Assembly (NCBI GenBank): GCA_949289995.1
Contig: CASEQE010000051.1
Coordinates: forward strand, 1-63,657
Length of the DNA stretch: 63,657 nt
Direction: 5' to 3'
From: an uncultured Peptococcaceae bacterium
GTDB taxonomy: Bacteria > Bacillota > Dehalobacteriia > UBA4068
Positions within the stretch are counted from its first letter, which is position 1. Every line of letters starts with the position of its first letter. Positions 62,011 to 63,657 of this stretch are shown here, piece after piece. The notes below the pieces were generated by a model. That model searched no databases. It was given only the letters and a program-made list of their open reading frames with translations, and was not told the DNA's origin. The position numbers and the translations under genes were made by a program.

Positions 62011-63657
62011 CTAATCTATCTCAGGAGATTTCGTATCCGACGAAGTTTTTTGCCGTGCAATCAGTCGGCTGAGTTTGTCCGCCGCTTCCTGGGCTTCTTT
62101 GGCCGCTTGCTCCGCCGCTAACGCCGCTGCCCGCATATGTTCTGCATCAAATAAAGCCGCTTGTTCGTGCAACAAAGCCTTAGCCGCCGGTTCCTGTAAA
62201 CGCCAAGCGACGGCGAGAGGTTGTTTCCCGGCGCCGCCCATCTGCGGCAGGGGCTGACGTCCGCTTTGCCCGGCGTCTTGATGCGGCGATGGCGTCAAAC
62301 GCTGCTCCGGATGAGCCACCGCTTCCTCGATCACGTCCTGCGGAGCAAAGAGGTTCGCGGCAGGATGACGCAATGGTGCTTGAACGGCTGCAACATCTGT
62401 GTGTTCTGGCGGCCTTGGGTTGTTTCCAAGCGGCGCCTTACCGGGAGCATAATCCGACTCTACTTCCGCTGCCCTCATTTCCTCTTGCAATTGATATGTT
62501 ACAGAACGTTGGCTTTGCAATGGCTCCATGGTCAGCCGGTCTGTATGCTGAGGCGCAGGTTGCATGGTTTGCAATAAATAGGCTTGTTTTTTGCCAATCG
62601 TTTGTATTTCCGTTAAATACCATTGCGTTTTTTTTGCATTACTCTGCAAATCAACCAATTTTTCCTTTTCTTTATCTACGTTTGCTTGGGCAGATACAAG
62701 CAATTCGTTCTCTGCAAGCGGCGATTGGACATTAGGTAAAACCAAGGAAGGGCTTGTTGTACGCCGTATGTCCAAGCCTATATCCTTGCTGATGGCCAGA
62801 AGAATATTTTCTTCCTCATTCCATTCCGCCCATTGCCGGGTCCGCGCAAATTCCTCTTGGGCCTGTCTCCATTCCTCCTCCGCCGCGTCCAAGGCTTGTT
62901 TCTGCCGCTGAATAGCGGTTTCAATTCGATGCAGTAACGAAACGGCAATTTGCTCGCCCTTAGCGGCCAGCGCCAAACAACGGCGGCAAATATTTTCCTG
63001 AGGCGGCGCATAACCGTTTTCCTTAGATAAAACGGCCTGTCTGTCATTTCGGCTGGCATTTCCATGTAATAAAGACGCTATTTCCTGCAACACAGACGCC
63101 AATTCGCGTTCTGCAGGAAAAATATCTACGATTTCCGGCGTACCGGCAATCGATGAACCCGTTGCCGCAGTAGGGAAAATGTCTGGCACACCTTCACCAT
63201 TTTTGAAAACCGTACATGTCCCAGAATGCCGCCGCTGGGCAAACCATAGCGCCAATCTTTGTCTCGCAGCAGCCTCCGCCTGCAGCATACGGCCGCGATC
63301 TTCATCCGTTAAGCCGCTCTGTCGCTCAGGTTGCCGGCGATTCTGTTCATCCAGTAAAGCGGCTAATTTTGCCGCTTTGGCAGCCCGACTAACCGCCTGT
63401 GCCGCGGCTTGCCGCCGCGCTTGGTTTTCCTGCCGCTGCGCTTCCTCCAGCATGGCCAAACGAGCATCTTCCGCAAGATAATCCGCCTCCGAAACGGACG
63501 AGGCATTCGACGTTTCCGCTTGCCCCATGTTTGCCGCGCTTGCTTGCTGGCGATACTGCGCTTCCGCTGCTCTTGCCTGTGCTTCCGCTGACAAACGTAC
63601 CGCCGTTTCGGCGCTAACCGTTGCCGCCTCCGAAGCGGACGGGGCATTAGGCGCTTC
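62011..63657 (-). CDS. Ala/Gln/Glu-rich coiled-coil protein of unknown function (5' end outside the window)
   Basis: The track ORF starts at a TTG (63594), but the same frame stays open to the window edge (hand translation EAPNAPSASEAATVSAETAVR upstream). More than 548 codons. I recognise no family. Confidence 0.7.
   Translation of the reverse strand, partial: EAPNAPSASEAATVSAETAVRLSAEAQARAAEAQYRQQASAANMGQAETSNASSVSEADYLAEDARLAMLEEAQRQENQARRQAAAQAVSRAAKAAKLAALLDEQNRRQPERQSGLTDEDRGRMLQAEAAARQRLALWFAQRRHSGTCTVFKNGEGVPDIFPTAATGSSIAGTPEIVDIFPAERELASVLQEIASLLHGNASRNDRQAVLSKENGYAPPQENICRRCLALAAKGEQIAVSLLHRIETAIQRQKQALDAAEEEWRQAQEEFARTRQWAEWNEEENILLAISKDIGLDIRRTTSPSLVLPNVQSPLAENELLVSAQANVDKEKEKLVDLQSNAKKTQWYLTEIQTIGKKQAYLLQTMQPAPQHTDRLTMEPLQSQRSVTYQLQEEMRAAEVESDYAPGKAPLGNNPRPPEHTDVAAVQAPLRHPAANLFAPQDVIEEAVAHPEQRLTPSPHQDAGQSGRQPLPQMGGAGKQPLAVAWRLQEPAAKALLHEQAALFDAEHMRAAALAAEQAAKEAQEAADKLSRLIARQKTSSDTKSPEID
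63483..63653 (-). repeat. In-frame 141-nt-period repeat within the coiled-coil gene
   Basis: CCGCCTCCGAAACGGACGAGGCATTCGACG (63483-63512) against CCGCCTCCGAAGCGGACGGGGCATTAGGCG (63624-63653). 26 of 30 positions are identical by hand alignment, offset 141 nt (47 codons). Confidence 0.75.

Noticed and set aside
1-63657. CRISPR arrays, tRNA or rRNA genes, IS transposases, restriction-modification or other classical defence genes
   Set aside because: I found no regularly spaced repeats, no cloverleaf-like sequences in the spacers, and no ORF with transposase, methylase or nuclease motifs. The only mobile-element signature is the recombinase fragment at the left edge.

Overview
This 63.7-kb window is mostly core chromosome from an endospore-forming Firmicute, either clostridial or Negativicutes-like. 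That placement rests on an alpha/beta SASP, ylbJ, a YaaH/SleL-type cortex hydrolase, and the clostridial ack-yceD-rpmF-plsX-acp-rnc and radical-SAM-smc-ftsY-ylxM-ffh-rpsP-KH-rimM-trmD blocks. Other recognisable units:
- cdaA-cdaR-glmM
- DUF881-sbp-DUF881, then dapB and glmS
- a threonyl T-box upstream of thrS
- speDE
- yhdT-panF
- an LCP/TagA wall-polymer cluster
- an AmmeMemoRadiSam pair

The left edge differs. It holds the GC-rich 3' end of a large serine recombinase gene. That gene abuts a truncated GNAT gene, a decayed Cys-rich KTR gene, and about 1.4 kb of AT-rich DNA of unclear coding status.

I found no CRISPR array, tRNA, rRNA, transposase or classical defence system.

The best candidates for undescribed biology are:
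1. A HexSDF-like glycolipid trio in one operon with a BceAB-type transporter that has no local two-component system.
2. The uncharacterised IscU-like/GGGtGRT pair.
3. A flavoprotein translationally coupled inside the cdaA-cdaR-glmM operon.
4. A TrmD protein fused to a second SPOUT-like domain.
5. A MazF toxin with no antitoxin gene.
6. A large repeat-containing coiled-coil protein that runs off the right edge.
7. Two long structured leaders, before panF and before a DMT transporter.

All family assignments come from motif recognition by eye. No searches were run.
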